Assembly (NCBI GenBank): GCA_038087875.1
Contig: CM075990.1
Coordinates: forward strand, 17,486,001 to 17,550,000
Direction: 5' to 3'
Origin: Malacoraja senta
Lineage: Eukaryota
Length of the DNA: 64,000 bases
The notes below the pieces were generated by a model that was given only the letters and a program-made list of their open reading frames with translations, made no database searches and was not told the DNA's origin. This document shows positions 22,784 to 35,094 of this stretch, in pieces. The position numbers were made by a program, and so were the translations under genes. Position 1 is the first letter of the stretch, and every line of letters starts with the position of its first letter.

Positions 22784-23851
22784 GGGTCAGGCAGCATCTC
22801 TGGAGAACATGGACAGATGACGTTTTGGATCAGGACCATTCATCCAACTGCTATTTCCTGCAATGGATCTCAACGTTATTTTCACGCTGAGTTACTCCGG
22901 CACTTTAGGTCTTTTTTTTGTAACCCAGCATCTGCAGTTCCTTGTCTCCACATTACTCTCATAGGTGGAGGTTTACAAAAGCCAGCATCACTGGGTTTCT
23001 TCTCAAACACGTGGCAGCCCCAGGGAACGTAGGCTCTAAGTGACCAATTACCTGCTTCAGTGAGCAGCATACCTTCCACATCAGCCTGGCGTGAGAATTT
23101 GTTTACAGCCCAGGAGGTTGTTCCAGGGCATGGAGCATGGTTCCAGTAACAGATTGTGCACTAAAGATTTCCAGGTGCCTCTCTGTGTCCCAGAATAACT
23201 GAACCACATTCACCTCCACCGTCGCTGTGCTACAAATGTGGTGGCAAGTTCAACAGGCAAACACTTAATTTGTGTGACACATAATGAACTCTCATCAAAG
23301 ATTAAACTCGTCTACTGCAAGCTGGATCCAATTATCCCCCTTTGCACACAGGTGCACCAAGACTTCTGGTGTAACATTTTCATTCCAGTCCATGGCTAGA
23401 ATGAGGGGGGCATTGATTGGAATGCGAATTCATGTAGTTCATAAGTTCATTAATCATAGGAGCGGAATTAGGCCATTCGGCCCATCGAGTCTATCACCAT
23501 TCAATCATAGCTGCTCTAACATTTATGGAGTATGAATGATACAAGCGTACTGCATGAATGGTAATTTCCTGGGAACACTGATGAACAGAGGGACCGAGAC
23601 AAGAAGCCCCTTGGGTTGGTGGCTGCCGTTAGTCAGGGCATTGAATGGCCCCATAGCAGAAGCGTCCACGTCACGGGGTTGGAAACTGGAAGTATCCTGA
23701 GCTAATTCTGCTACCACCATCATCTATTGCAACAAGTGATGGCTCCCACTGATTGTCGCCGGAAGCTTGCGTCCTTTTCAGGACGGACGATGACAGCGAG
23801 GTCAACATTTGTAACATGTTGGACCTCGATGGACACGAAAGAAGAAGAAGG

Positions 23852-24077
23852 CTATTGAATAACATGCATATTGGTACTGATATTGGTTATGTTTCCATGC
23901 TGTTTGACTATTGAATAACATGCATATTGGTACTGATATTGGTTATGTTTCCATGCTGTTTGACTATTGAATAACATGCATATTGGTACTGATATTGGTT
24001 ATGTTTCCATGCTGTTTGACTATTGAATAACATGCATATTGGTACTGATATTGACTATGTTTCCACGCTGTTTGACT
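23852..24077. repeat. 56-bp minisatellite, 4 copies
   Basis: CTATTGAATAACATGCATATTGGTACTGATATTGGTTATGTTTCCATGCTGTTTGA starts at 23852, 23908, 23964 and 24020 (last copy slightly diverged). Confidence 0.95.
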
Positions 24078-25859
24078 CTGTCCAGATGCAGGTACACACA
24101 ATGTCACAATGAATAAACATATCTGCCACCAGGCCTGAAAACTAAATAATGACATTTAACTTTTATCAGTGTATATGTTTACAAGAAAACACTTGCATTA
24201 ACAATCAGCTTTTAAATTTAATGGCAATCACGTACTTTTAAACAGGCAAGTCTCATTAACACAGCACCCATTTAATATGATAAAGCAAAATAAATTCACA
24301 TCCATTCCTGAGAAGTTGTGATAAGTATCTGGGCAGGCAGCAGGCTGCGATATCTGCCCTGCATAATATACATATATTGTTGCCTGCTCTTCCAGCTGTA
24401 ATGTGTTATCAGAAACGGCTTGTTTATCTTCAGTTACGGAATGTCATTGACATTTTGGGAGCATGAGTTTGTTTAACAGCAGCAAGCACTGAAATCTGTC
24501 CAAGGTTTTTCTTGGAAGAAAAAGTCCAGACTTCAAATCATTTATACTCTGTGTGGAAGTGGGCAAAGGGTCAGCACGGTGTGATGGGCAGAAAGGCCCT
24601 TCTTTCTGCTGCATGAATCTGTGGCTATGAGCTTGGACAGCTTAGATTGGTTTTTCTTCAACATTGGAGGTTGCGGGGAGACCTGATACAAGTGCATAAA
24701 ATGATGAGAAGCATAGATGGGGTAGGCAGTCAGAACCTTTCCCCCTGGGTGGAGATGTCAAACACTAGAGCGCACAGCTTTAAGATGAGAGGAGGAATGT
24801 TTAAAGGAGATGTGTGGGATAAGTGCATATTGTTGTGGTAAATAGTTTTGGAATTGACCCAGGCTTATTGAACAATGTGATTGACAGTCAGTCTGGAGAA
24901 GGTTCTGACTCAAAACCTTGTCTGTCCATTCCTTCCACAGATGCCACAGATAATGTCTCATAATCTTTACAGCACGCTTCTGGAAACAGTGTCTAATTCA
25001 TTCAGCTTTTTTGTAAAGTCTGACTACTGCTGATTTATGTTCTAGTCCAGTAATGTCATGGATTTGATTAATTCAATCTCCCTGCTAGTCCCAGAGATCT
25101 CTGCTACCCAATCTCCAGAGACCAAAGTTCATCCGCTCTCCCCCTTGCAACCTGACCGTTATCTTTGGCAGAGAACTGCAGCCGAGTGGTGGTGCTGGCA
25201 AGCTTGCTCATTCTCCCTGCTCTTGTGTATTCCCTCTGCATATCCCATCTTGTTTTCAGAACTCTTGATGGCTTTCAGAACTGAAGCAGTCATACTGAAA
25301 GCAATAAAAAATAATGTGTCCAGATTATCAAAAACCTAATGATGTGAGATCTGGCCTGTCACTTGCTCCATTAATATCACACTTTGTTCAAGTTCAATCG
25401 CATATAAATCACCAAGACAAATGTAACGGGACATTGGCAGACTTAGATATCTTTATTTAATGTTGTCTTATGCTTATAATGCCTGGACTTTATTAAAGTC
25501 CATTATCAATAAATAAACCAAGTTGAGATTAAACATTGTAAATACTTGAATAATACAAGAATAATTACATTTACATTTGTAAGATTTAGTTATATTTTTC
25601 TTGTTTGAATTTATTGAATATTATTAGTTATCAGAACAAATGCATCTTTCAGCCAAGCAGTCTCCTCGTTGACACTGTGATATTAACGCCCGCAATGGGT
25701 TTAGAAAAACAGAGGAGTGTTGATTAATTATCGTTCCTTTTTACATGTTTATTGCAGGATATAATTTGCTTATGTCTTTGTTGAAATATATGCCTCGATT
25801 GATAAATTGCTAAATAAGTCACTGACAGCCTTAATGTTAAATTTGACACAAGATTTTGG

Positions 25860-26165
25860 AGTCATAGTCATCGAGCTGTACAGCACAGAAACCGGCCCTT
25901 CGGCCCACCTTGTCCTTGCCATTCACGCTGGCATACTGGACTAGTCCCATTTGCCTGCATTTGGCCCATAACCCTCTGGTTATCTGTCCAAATGTATTTT
26001 AAAAGTTGCAATTGAGGTCGCATCTAAAGCTTTCTCTGGCAGCTCATTCCAGATGTGGACTACTCTCTGAGTGAAGATGTGGCCCTGAGATTTCTCTTTA
26101 AATCTCTCCCCCTTCATCCTAAGCATGTGCCCTCTAGTTTTTGAATCCTCTATCCGGGGAAAATG
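25860..26165 (-). mobile_element. CR1 3' end, diverged
   Basis: CAGCACAGAAACCGGCCCTTCGGCCCACC tail end and TCTGGCAGCTCATTCCAGA. Confidence 0.7.
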
Positions 26166-26289
26166 TTTTGCAGTAAGGTTTGAGTGTTTTGATTTATTCT
26201 TCAGTTCACTAACAGCAGAATCTTTATGAATTGAACAATGAGAGGTTGGGGCAGAGAATTTGTCTGTTCAAGAATCAGAGTTGTAATGT

Positions 26290-26665
26290 TTAAGGAAGAA
26301 CTGCAGATGCTGGAAAAATCGAAGGTAGACAAAAATGCTGGAGAAACTCAGCGGGTGAGGCAGCATCTATGGAGAGAAGGGATAGGAGACGTTTCAGGTT
26401 GAGACCCTTCTTCAGACATTTGGTCATGTACGTGGATCGGACAGGTTTGGAGGGATTTGGGACAAACTCAGGCAGGTGGGACTAGTGCACATGGGGCACT
26501 TTGGTCGACGTGGACAAGTTGGGCCGAGGAATCTGTTTAGAAAGGAACTGTAGATGTCGGTTTATGCCGAGGATAGACACAAAAAGCTGGAGTAACTCAG
26601 CGGGACAGGCAGCATCTCTGGAGAGAAGGAATGGGTGACGTTTCTGGTCGAGACCCTTCTTCAAC
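26290..26665 (-). mobile_element. Two Penelope-derived short elements interleaved with a CR1 tail
   Basis: Family block at 26292-26417 and 26540-26665, each with a hammerhead-like motif carrying substitutions. Confidence 0.75.
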
Positions 26666-27577
26666 CTCTTCAGCATGGGTCTGTTGCCATGCAGTATCAC
26701 TATGGATTTAGGTTTACTGATAACAGATGTAAAGAACATGCTTTACATTATAGGTTCATGGGTCTTGGTCCTCCAAAATATTCCAAATGGAATGTAAACT
26801 GGAGGACCAACCTAACCCAAGATGGTTGGAAAGTGAACAGAGCACACAGTGCTGGAGGAACTCAGTGGGTCAGGCAGCATCAGAGGAGGGAATGGACAGG
26901 TGTTTTTTGGTCAGGACCCTTCTTCAGACTGAGAGGTTTGCATCTTCTCTCTGTTGCCTTTGACCCATTCTTGTCCAACTGCCAGCAGCTGCTTGCAAGT
27001 GGGGGCTGTTTATGTTGTTTCCCTTGCTTTCCAAAGATTCACTGCCAAGCTGAAGGATAAATCACAGCAGTTAATAGGACAAACATAAGTGATACAAATT
27101 ATTTAAATATACTAATTGCCAAATAACTCAGGAAAGAGGCAGGTGGACCTTGTAACCACAATTGATCCCAGGAGTGGGAATGAGATGGGGATGTGAAGGG
27201 AACATGATGAAGGGCTTGGCAAAGGCTTTGTAGATTGCTTCCAAAGCAACGCGCAATGACGCAAGTTGTGTTGGGTCGCACTATCCATCATTGCAATGGA
27301 ACTGACCCGTGAACCTCTGCTGCATTACTCCCATTCTTGGCCATTGGAACAATATTCCTCCAGCAAAGATGTGCCATTTTGATTGAATTGATTGAAAGGT
27401 ACAGCACAGAAACAGACCCTTGGTCCATGCTGACCATCGAACAGCCTAGTTCCATGTTAACCCACTTCTGCATCCACTCCCTACACACTAGGAGCCCCAG
27501 AGGAAACTCGTGCAGTCACAGGAAGATTGTACACACTCCACACAGACAGCACCCAAGCTTGGGTTCGAACCCGGGTT

Positions 27578-27815
27578 TAGTTTAGCTTAGAGATACAGCG
27601 TGGAAATAAACCTATAAACCTATAAACCTGTACGTCTTTGGAGTGTGGGAGGAAACCGAAGATCTCGGAGAAAACCCACGCGGTCACGGGGAAAACATAC
27701 AAACTCCGTACTCCCGTAGACATGATCGAACCCGGGTCTCCGGCATTGTGAACGCTGTAAGGCAGCAACTCTACCGCTGCGCCACCCTGCCGCCCAGTCT
27801 CCGGCATTGTGAGGC
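27578..27815 (-). mobile_element. HE1-like V-SINE
   Basis: Reverse complement of the SINE head and V-domain. Confidence 0.8.
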
Positions 27816-28130
27816 AGCACCATTAGCTGTGGCATTGTGCTATCCTGCTATCAGGCTTCTGAACAGTCCATCCATAAGCTAGGGTACTGTCCAATTCACC
27901 CCTTTGTCTCTGTAACTGGTGCTCTACAATGCTCAGAGCAATATTCTGCACTCTGTACCTTCCCCTTTGCTCAATCTATTATACTTGAGATTGATGATTG
28001 TATTTATGTACAGTATTTTCTGATCTGATTGGATAGCATGCAAACAAAGTTTCTCACTGTAGAAACAAGGAACTGCAGGTACTGGTTTACCAAGGAAAGA
28101 CACTAAATACTTGCGCAACTCAGGGAGTTA

Positions 28131-28414
28131 TGGGCCTGTCCCACTTAGGTGATTTTTTAGGCAACTACAGGCGACAAGTTTGTCGCCACATGTTCGCCGG
28201 GAGTCGTCTCCTCAGTCGCGCAAAAAGTCGGAGCGTCTTTCTAGTCGCCAGTGGGTTTGACGCCAATGAGCGAAGCTTGACTTCTCCTGACGTAGGTGCT
28301 GTCGTAGGTTGTCGCCAGGATGACGCAGGTTGTCGCCGGTTTTACGGCGACCTGCTACGACTATGACAGTCGCCGGCAGTTGCCTAAAAAACATCGCCAA
28401 GTGGGACAGGCCCA
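28131..28414. mobile_element. Non-autonomous PIF/Harbinger-type MITE
   Basis: Perfect 16-bp TIR TGGGCCTGTCCCACTT / AAGTGGGACAGGCCCA, imperfect to ~36 bp. TTA target duplication at 28128-28130 and 28415-28417. Confidence 0.8.
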
Positions 28415-29569
28415 TTAGGCAACATCTCTGTCCTCCAGGTCACTGAGTTACTCCAGCATTTTGCCTTTTCACCGCACCTGGTTGTTGAGGCAGGGACTAT
28501 CGCAACGTTTAAGAAACAATTAGACAGGTACATGGATACGGCAGGTTTAGAGGGATATGGGCCAAACGCAGGCAGGTAGGTTTAGTGTAGGCAGGTGGGT
28601 CATGTTGGTCGGCATGGGCAAGTTGGGCCGAAGGGCCTGTTTCCACGCCGTATCACTCTATGACTATCTATGTCTTTGGGACACGTGACACCCAACCTAA
28701 AGCATGCAGCAGTCCCTCACGTTGCCATGGAGCAGTTGGACAAACCTTGGGCTTGGTGTCTCAAGCCTGCATCTTGCTGAGTGAGTGTGCAGTGTCACTG
28801 AACAAGACAAGCCTTGACCACTGCTGGGTCTTTGTTCAATGTCCAGGCTTATCTGCACATTGGAAAACAGCCTTGTCCTGGCCAAAGTAAACCTGTAATG
28901 TGGAAAACAGACGAATTAAACACAAAACAAAAAAGATTAACGATACAAATATTTTTAAACATTTTCAATGTCATAAAGTATTTTTAACAGTCGTCGAAGT
29001 AGAGAGATGTGGGTTCTCAAGGGGCTAATCTTTGTGGGTAAGGAGGATTGCTGTCTCGGTCTTGGACCATGGACTAGGTATGCTTCTCATTGTCCTGTTG
29101 CCATCGGCTGTAGTCAGCCCTGGCTGCATATCTTCCTGTTGCTAAACAAAGCCACGGAATATAACAAGCAGGAACAGGAAGGTCCACACAACAGAATGTG
29201 AAGCACACAGCAACTAAAGTATCGGGTGGTGGGTGGGAAACCATTGATTCAGGCTGTATTCCAATTAGTAAATAGTTCTGCTATTCACACGGCTTGGGAA
29301 ATGTCTGCTTCTGAAATATACCCAGAGCAAAATAACAACTTTAACACAAGTAATGAGACCGCATCTAGAACAACCCTGCCCTCAGCAACACAAGCCCCAG
29401 GAGGAGCTCAGCAGGTCAGGCAGCATCTGCGGAGGGAATGGACAGGCGACGTTTCAGGTTGGGACCCTTCTTCAGACTGATGGTGGAGGGGGGAGAGAGC
29501 TGGTGAAGAGGGGTTTGATTTACAGATGGATGGAGTAAGTGACAAAGGCTGGAGGTGAACAGGGCACAT

Positions 29570-29812
29570 CTTCTTCTTCTGTCGTATGTCTTTTAGACCT
29601 GCAGCTCCGTTGAGGCGAGCCAGGCCAACGTGTCATCGTCCAGGTCAATCAGACCTCGTTCACTATTCGGTGGCCGGTGTTTGGGGCAACTGGTGACTAT
29701 GTGCTCCACTGTCTGTGTTGGGTCCCCACACTCGCAGGAGGCGCTGTCTGCGAGGCCCCACCTCTTCATCGCTACTCCATAGCGTCCGACGCCTGTCCTC
29801 AAGCGGTTGCCA
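29570..29812 (-). mobile_element. RTE-X-like LINE 3' end with (GAA)n tail
   Basis: NRLRTGVGRYGVAMKRWGLADSASCECGDPTQTVEHIVTSCP (CCHC-type tail domain). It sits inside a Penelope 3' region (29400-30050). Confidence 0.75.
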
Positions 29813-30279
29813 GATAAGGAGAGAGGAGGAAGAATGAAATATGAAGCTGGAGGGATCGATATAGGCGGAAGAGGAGGTGAGAAAGGAACGGGGAAAGTTA
29901 AGGCAATCATCCCTCCTCACCTGTATCCACCTATCACTTGCCAAACTTTGTCCTATCCCCACCTCACTTTTCCAGCTTACTCCCCCCTACCCCTTCAATC
30001 TGAAGAAGGGTCCCGACTTGAAACGTCATCTGTCCATTCCCTCCACAGATGGTTTGGTTCGGTCTACTACTATTGTCTTGAGCCCCGAGGTACAGTGAAA
30101 GGCTTTTGTTTATATGCTATCAAACCAGATCAGATAATACAATCAAACTGTACAGGTGGAGTGAAGAGAATAATGCCAGTGTGAAGAATATTGTTGTCAG
30201 TGTTGTAGCGTCGTAGTTCCAGAGACAGAGTCCAATGTCTGCGGTGAACAGAGGGGAAGAAGCTGCTCCTTAGTCTGAT

Positions 30280-30565
30280 AGTTTAGTTTAGAGATACAGC
30301 ATGGAAACAGGCCCACCGGCCCGCAGAGCCCGTGCCAACCAGCGATCACCTGTACACTAGTTCTATCCCACACACTGGGGACAATTTACAGAAGCCAATT
30401 AATCTACAAACATGCACGTCTGTGGCATGTGTGAGGAAACTGGAGAAAACCCAGGTGGTCACGGGGAGAACGTACAAACTCCGTACAGACAGCACCCGCA
30501 ATCAGGATGGAACCCGGGTCTCTGGCGCTGTGAGGCAGCAACTCTACCGCTGCACCACCGTGCCA
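30280..30565 (-). mobile_element. HE1-like V-SINE
   Basis: Full SINE consensus on the minus strand. Confidence 0.85.
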
Positions 30566-30904
30566 CCCTATTCCTGAGTCCTGATGTTGCCTGACCCGCA
30601 GAGTTCCTCCTGCACATTGTTTTTTTTCTCTAGATTCCAGCATCTGCAGTTCCTCGTGTCTACAGAATCTTACACTCGCCAGCTGTGTTGGATCACCAGT
30701 GGAACTTGGAACAGTGAGAGCCAGAACCGTCTGAATGAGGCCAAGCTATGGTCTATATTCCAGGCCCCCGACATGAACAGCCAGGCTGAGAACAACATAA
30801 CTTAGAACAGAACAGTACAGCATAGGAACAGGTCCATAATGTCAGCAACAAACCTGATGCCAAGTTCAATATATCTTAAACTTAGGGGTGGCACAGTGGT
30901 GGAC

Positions 30905-31720
30905 GGTCGGCATGGTGATGCAGCGGTAGAGCTGCTGCCTCACAGTGCCAGAGACCCAGGTTCGATCCTGACCATGGACACTGTCTGTACAATATTTGTA
31001 TGTCCTTCCCTTGACCGCATGGGTTTCCTCCGGGCGCTCCGGTTTCCTCCCACATTCCAAAGACGTACAGGCTTGTGTGCAGTTTTGGTCTCCAAATTTG
31101 AGGAAGGACATTCTTGCTATTGCAGTGCAGTGTAGGTTCACAAGGTTCATTCCCGGGATGGCGGGACTGTCATAAACTGAGAGAATAGAGTGGTTGGGCT
31201 TTTATATTCTGGAATTTAGAAGGACGAGAGGTGATCTGATTGAAACATATAAGATTATTAAGGGTTTGGACACGCTAGAGGCAGTAAACATGTTCCCAAT
31301 GTTGGGGGAGTCCAGAACCAGGGGCCACAGTTTAAGAATAAGGGGTAAGCCATTTAGAACGGAGACAAGGAAACACTTTTTCACACGGAGGGTTGTGAGT
31401 CTGTGGAATTCTCTGCCTCAGAGGGCGGTGGAGGCCGGTTCTCTGGATACTTTCAAGAGAGAGCTAGATAGGGCTCTTAAAGATAGCGGAGTCAGGGGAT
31501 ATGGGAAGAAGGCAGGATTGTGGATGATCAGCCATGATCACATTGAATGGCGGTGCTGGCTCGAAGGGCCGAATGGCCTTCTCCTACACCTATTATCTAT
31601 TGTCTATTGTAGGTTAATTGGCTTTGGTAAAAATTGTAAATAAGTGCTGGCGTACTGGAGATCGCTGGACGGCGTGGACCCGATGGGCCAAAGAGACTAT
31701 TTCTGCACTGTATTTCTAAA
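30905..31720 (+). mobile_element. V-SINE split by a CR1 insertion (CR1 ~31078-31607)
   Basis: The SINE stops at AAGACGTACAGGCTTGT and resumes at TTGTAGGTTAATTGG. ORF 31194-31643 is the CR1 ORF2 C-terminus. Confidence 0.85.
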
Positions 31721-31922
31721 CTGATCCCTTCAGCCTTCACGTGATCCATATCCCTGTATTTCCTGCATGTTCATGTGCCTGTCCAAACGCCTCTAAAATG
31801 CCACTGTCACAACATGTTCCAGACACCCATCACTCTCTGTGTAATTAATACAACGTGTGCAGAACAGGTGAGTGGTTGATGCAAGGTTGCAGTGTGAAAC
31901 CGGCAGTGAAAAATAATATTCA

Positions 31923-32185
31923 TGGGCCTGTCCCACTTACGTGACTTTTCGGCGACTGCCGTCACCCGTTATAGGTCGTTGCAGGTCGCCGAAAATGTTC
32001 AACATGTTGAAAATCCAGTGGCGACCAGAACAAGGTACGACTTTGGGCGACTACTCACGACCATACAGGCTTCACCCCGCGACATGTCACCTGTATGGTC
32101 GTGAGTCGTCTCCTCAGTCGCCCAAAGAGTCGTAGCGTCTTTCTGGTCGACGCTGGATTTTCAACATGTTGGAAAATTTCAGCGA
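31923..32185. mobile_element. Truncated relative of the Harbinger-type MITE
   Basis: Same left TIR TGGGCCTGTCCCACTT. Internal inverted repeat TTCAACATGTTGAAAATCCAG / CTGGATTTTCAACATGTTGGA. No right TIR seen. Confidence 0.65.
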
Positions 32186-33249
32186 ATGAGTTAGAGTTAG
32201 GAGCAAGAGTATAAAGCAGCACCTTCAGGAATAGGGTGTAAAAGAGGTGATTGGTTCCTGAGACTTCTGCAGTGGAGAAGAAACTGTTCTTAAGTCTGGA
32301 TGTTTGAGTTTTCAGGCTCCTGCATCTTGAAACCTGAAATCTTTAGACTTTTCCAGGGAGTCTAAATAAAGGAAACATCGACATCTTGTAAGTGTCTTCC
32401 ACAGTAAACAGTAGTGACATTTTAAATAATCAAAATTACCAGGAACATTGGAGATGAAAGAACAATCTGTAACAGGAAGCTGGCATGGAAACGTGGTCTC
32501 CTGAGCCAGTTCTGGTGGAGTTTGGCCCAGTCTCAACGGGAAGAGATTGAGGAAGCAGATGCTGCTGAACGCTGGCAGTCCATGTCTTCAGCAGAGCTCC
32601 CCTTGCACAGACTGACTCACTGTACCCAACAGGGCGGCAATTGCTCTGCTCATCACAGCGCTTCCAGCTTGTTCTTTGCCTTCCCCTCAGGGGTTTGGAA
32701 CCCCCCCCCTCCTCGCATGGTAAATGGACTACAGGAGGTAATCTCCCATCAGCTGCAAGGTCATGTCTTCAGCGTTCCCGTGTGTGGGGAAGGAGTTGGC
32801 TTCAGTCGTGCTTGACGATGTCAAAACCTCTGGCTGGGAAGAGTGTTGGAATCAATGACGTATTTCCACCAATTCTCACTATTGTCCCTTGAGCAGAAGT
32901 GGGCATCTTTTGATTGTGATCTATTTTTATTTCTTAGAATGTTTTGGCCCACAGTGTCCATGATAAACATGATACCAAGATAAACATATCTCCTCTGCCT
33001 GCACGTGATCCATATCCCTCCATTCCCTGCATATCCATTTGCCTGTCAAACCTGCCACTATCGTATCTGCCTCCACCACTGTCACAGGCAGCTCGTTCCA
33101 GGAATCACCACTCTCTAGGTAACAAAACCTACTCCACATCTGTTTTAAACGTTGCCGCTCGCATCTGAAACCTATGCCCTCTAGTATTTGATTTTTCCAT
33201 CTCACCGAATTGAAACTTCAGCACACAGTCTGCAGATTTAAACTTTAGA

Positions 33250-33910
33250 CGTTAGAGATACAGCATGGAAACAGGCCCTCCAGCCCACCGAGTCTGTGCC
33301 AACCAGCGTACACCAGCACGATCATACTCACTGAGGAAAATTTACAACTTACAGAAGCCAATTAACCTAAAACCAGAGCACCTGGGGAAAACGCACGCAG
33401 GTCACAGGGAGAATGTACAAACTCCATACAGGCAGCACCCATGGTCAGGATCGAACCCACTGTCTCTGGCGCTGTAAGGCAGCAACTCTACCATTGTGCC
33501 ACCGTGGCAATGTTCAACCAGAAAGCCCACAGCTTTGCTCAGATGGTAATGCATGTCCAGTTATCCCTTGGTTCGTAAATTCCTTGAGTTGGTGCGTAAA
33601 GGAGTGAAGCCCCCCCCCCCACCCCCCTCACCCCCATTCACACAACTACCACGCATCACATATACTGTCTCGACACCTATTTTAGTTCAGTTTAGTTCAG
33701 AGATACAGCACGGAAACAGGCCCTTCAGCATGAAGATAGACACAAAGTGCTGGAGTAACTTAGCGGGACAGGCAGCATCTCTGGAGAGAAGGAATGGGTG
33801 ACGTTTCGGGTCGAGACCCTTCTTCAGACTGGCCACCGAGTCCGCGCCAACCAGCGATCCCCGCACACTTACACTATCCTACACACACTAGGGACAATTT
33901 ACAATTTACC
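33250..33910 (-). mobile_element. Two V-SINE copies (33250-33505, 33685-33910), the second interrupted by a Penelope-derived element (33730-33830)
   Basis: The SINE tail ACAGGCCCTTCAGC is separated from its continuation CCACCGAGTCCGCGCC by the Penelope block. Confidence 0.78.
33800..33827 (-). ncRNA. Minimal hammerhead-ribozyme-like motif (CUCG variant)
   Basis: Reverse complement is CTGAAGAAGGGTCTCGACCCGAAACGTC. Confidence 0.55.
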
Positions 33911-34910
33911 CAAGATTTCACCATCCCTGCTCACGGTTTTCCCTTCTTGCATCTTTATGAAAAACATGTGATAAAAGTCAATGGAAATAGCTGACAGAAA
34001 TCTAATTCTGATTCAACTTTTACTGTTTCTGCCGTGATGAAGTCCCGTCAGGAAATATTCAAACTCATTTTAACCAAACCAGATCAGAGACTTTGCACAA
34101 AATTTATGGCTTCAGCAAATGTATGATTCATTGCGAAGTTGCCACCAACAAATTGAGGTTATCTCCATCAGAGTTTAATTGCTGTTTGTACAGATGTTGG
34201 CATTATACAGATTGGTGTCACCTGACACCACGACTCATTAAAAGAGGCAAACTCTGACCTTTGCCAAAGAGAAAAAGGTTCCAAAAATACTATTTGCGAA
34301 CAGCACGCATTGATTTATTGTCCATGCAGACCTGGGCACAAGATATTAATCAGCTGCAGAATATGACATTGATTGCTGCTACACTCAACTTCATCCTTGC
34401 AGTGACCTTTTGAGAGGGAGCAATGAATGAAAGGTCAATCAGCTCACCCTGGTCTCCAAGGTCACTGCTTTCATTTCACTTTCTCCTTGACATTAATGCA
34501 TCTCCTGTGAAACCCATTGTGAGAGAGTTCTGTCCATTCAGTACTAGAACACCTGGGTGTCCAGCAGTAATCTCCAAATGCCTCTCCATTTGTTGACAAG
34601 TTTGCAGTCAAATGTTGAATCAGACAGATGATGGGGGAAGCTGGAGATGTTAGAAGCAGTCGGCACTTCAGGCAACATCTGCAAAGGAGAAAGGAAGAGA
34701 GGTAACAGAGTAGCGTGCATTACAGGAAGGATGTGGAGGCTTTGGAGAAGGAGCAGAAGAGGTTTGCCCGAATGCTGCCTGGATTAGAGGGCATTATCTA
34801 TAAGGAAAGTGTTAAAGAAGGAACTGCAGATGCTGGAAAATCGAAGGTACACAAAAATGCTGGAGAAACTCAGCGGGTGCAGCAGCATCTATGGAGCGAA
34901 GGAAATAGGC

Positions 34911-34938
34911 AACGTTTCGGGCCGAAACCCTTCTTCAG
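34911..34938 (-). ncRNA. Minimal hammerhead-ribozyme-like motif (UUCG variant) in a Penelope 3' end (34812-35070)
   Basis: Reverse complement is CTGAAGAAGGGTTTCGGCCCGAAACGTT. Confidence 0.55.
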
Positions 34939-35094
34939 ACTGATAGGGGGTGGGGAGAAGAAAGGAAAAAAGGAAAAAGGCGGAGGAGGAGCCTGAGGGC
35001 TGGGGGAGGGGAGGAGACAACCAGAGGGCTGATGAAGGGGAGGGGACAGCAAGGGCTAACAGAATTGGGAGAAATCTAAAAGTTTTCCAAATCA

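Noticed and set aside
23852..24077. Regularly spaced repeats resembling a CRISPR array (also 10964-11220 and 63712-63896)
   Set aside because: The units are head-to-tail with no unique spacers, there are no cas genes, and the context is eukaryotic.
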